64,000 bases of DNA, taken from contig CM052817.1 of the NCBI GenBank assembly GCA_028534125.1, positions 13,704,001 through 13,768,000 on the forward strand, read 5' to 3'. Positions 63,700 to 64,000 of this stretch are shown here, piece by piece; the stretch's first letter is position 1, and every line of letters starts with the position of its first letter. A program made the translations under genes and the position numbers. The notes beneath the pieces were generated by a model, which saw nothing but the letters and a program-made list of their open reading frames with translations, had not been told where the DNA came from and did not search any database. The stretch is from Lama glama (Eukaryota).

Positions 63700-63930
63700 A
63701 TCTATCATCATCTAAGGGCAATAGGGCATGGACTATGTGTGAGAGTAAGTTTGGAGGAAAAGCAGGTTTGGAGTATGGAGTGGGAGCTAATGAGGCCAGT
63801 CTTGGACATACTGAATTTAAGAGGACCTCACCCCACTGAATTGGAGTTGTCCAGCATGCAACTCAATATAGGATTCTGGACTGACAATACACATTTGGAA
63901 GTTTTCAGTGTAGTTTAACTCAAGAGGGTT
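63700..63930 (-). mobile_element. L2 LINE fragment
   Basis: gagcaggtt-like segment, cagtcttggacatactgaattta, and acacatttggaagttttcagtgtag. Confidence 0.65.
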
Positions 63931-64000
63931 CTGTGACTTCCTAATCAATAATAAATTGATTTCTTTTAAGTGATACACAAAATATTCCCGGGTCGTTAGT

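Overview
AT-rich mammalian genomic DNA, very likely from a camelid (Camelus/Vicugna/Lama). The assignment rests on two tRNA-Ala-derived SINEs of the Vic-1 type and a young cetartiodactyl-style L1 3' end. I found no protein-coding gene I can support. The listed ORFs are short and derive from L1, L2, LTR or low-complexity sequence, or are chance frames. The window is a mosaic of old eutherian repeats (L1M, L2, MIR, L3/CR1, MLT1 MaLR LTRs, LTR16-type and MER34-type LTRs, MER5A/MER58/MER81/MER82 DNA transposons) separated by unique DNA. The best leads are: (1) a marked + strand bias of LTRs, which hints that the window lies in a minus-strand transcription unit; (2) several splice-site-bounded candidate exons of unknown identity; (3) a ~95-bp retroposed insert with a perfect 17-bp target-site duplication; (4) nested or internally deleted L1s; (5) local duplications; and (6) a CpG-retaining kilobase near 60 kb. 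I see no convincing evidence for a novel biological system. Repeat family names come from recalled consensus sequences, so subfamily labels and boundaries are approximate until RepeatMasker/Dfam is run.
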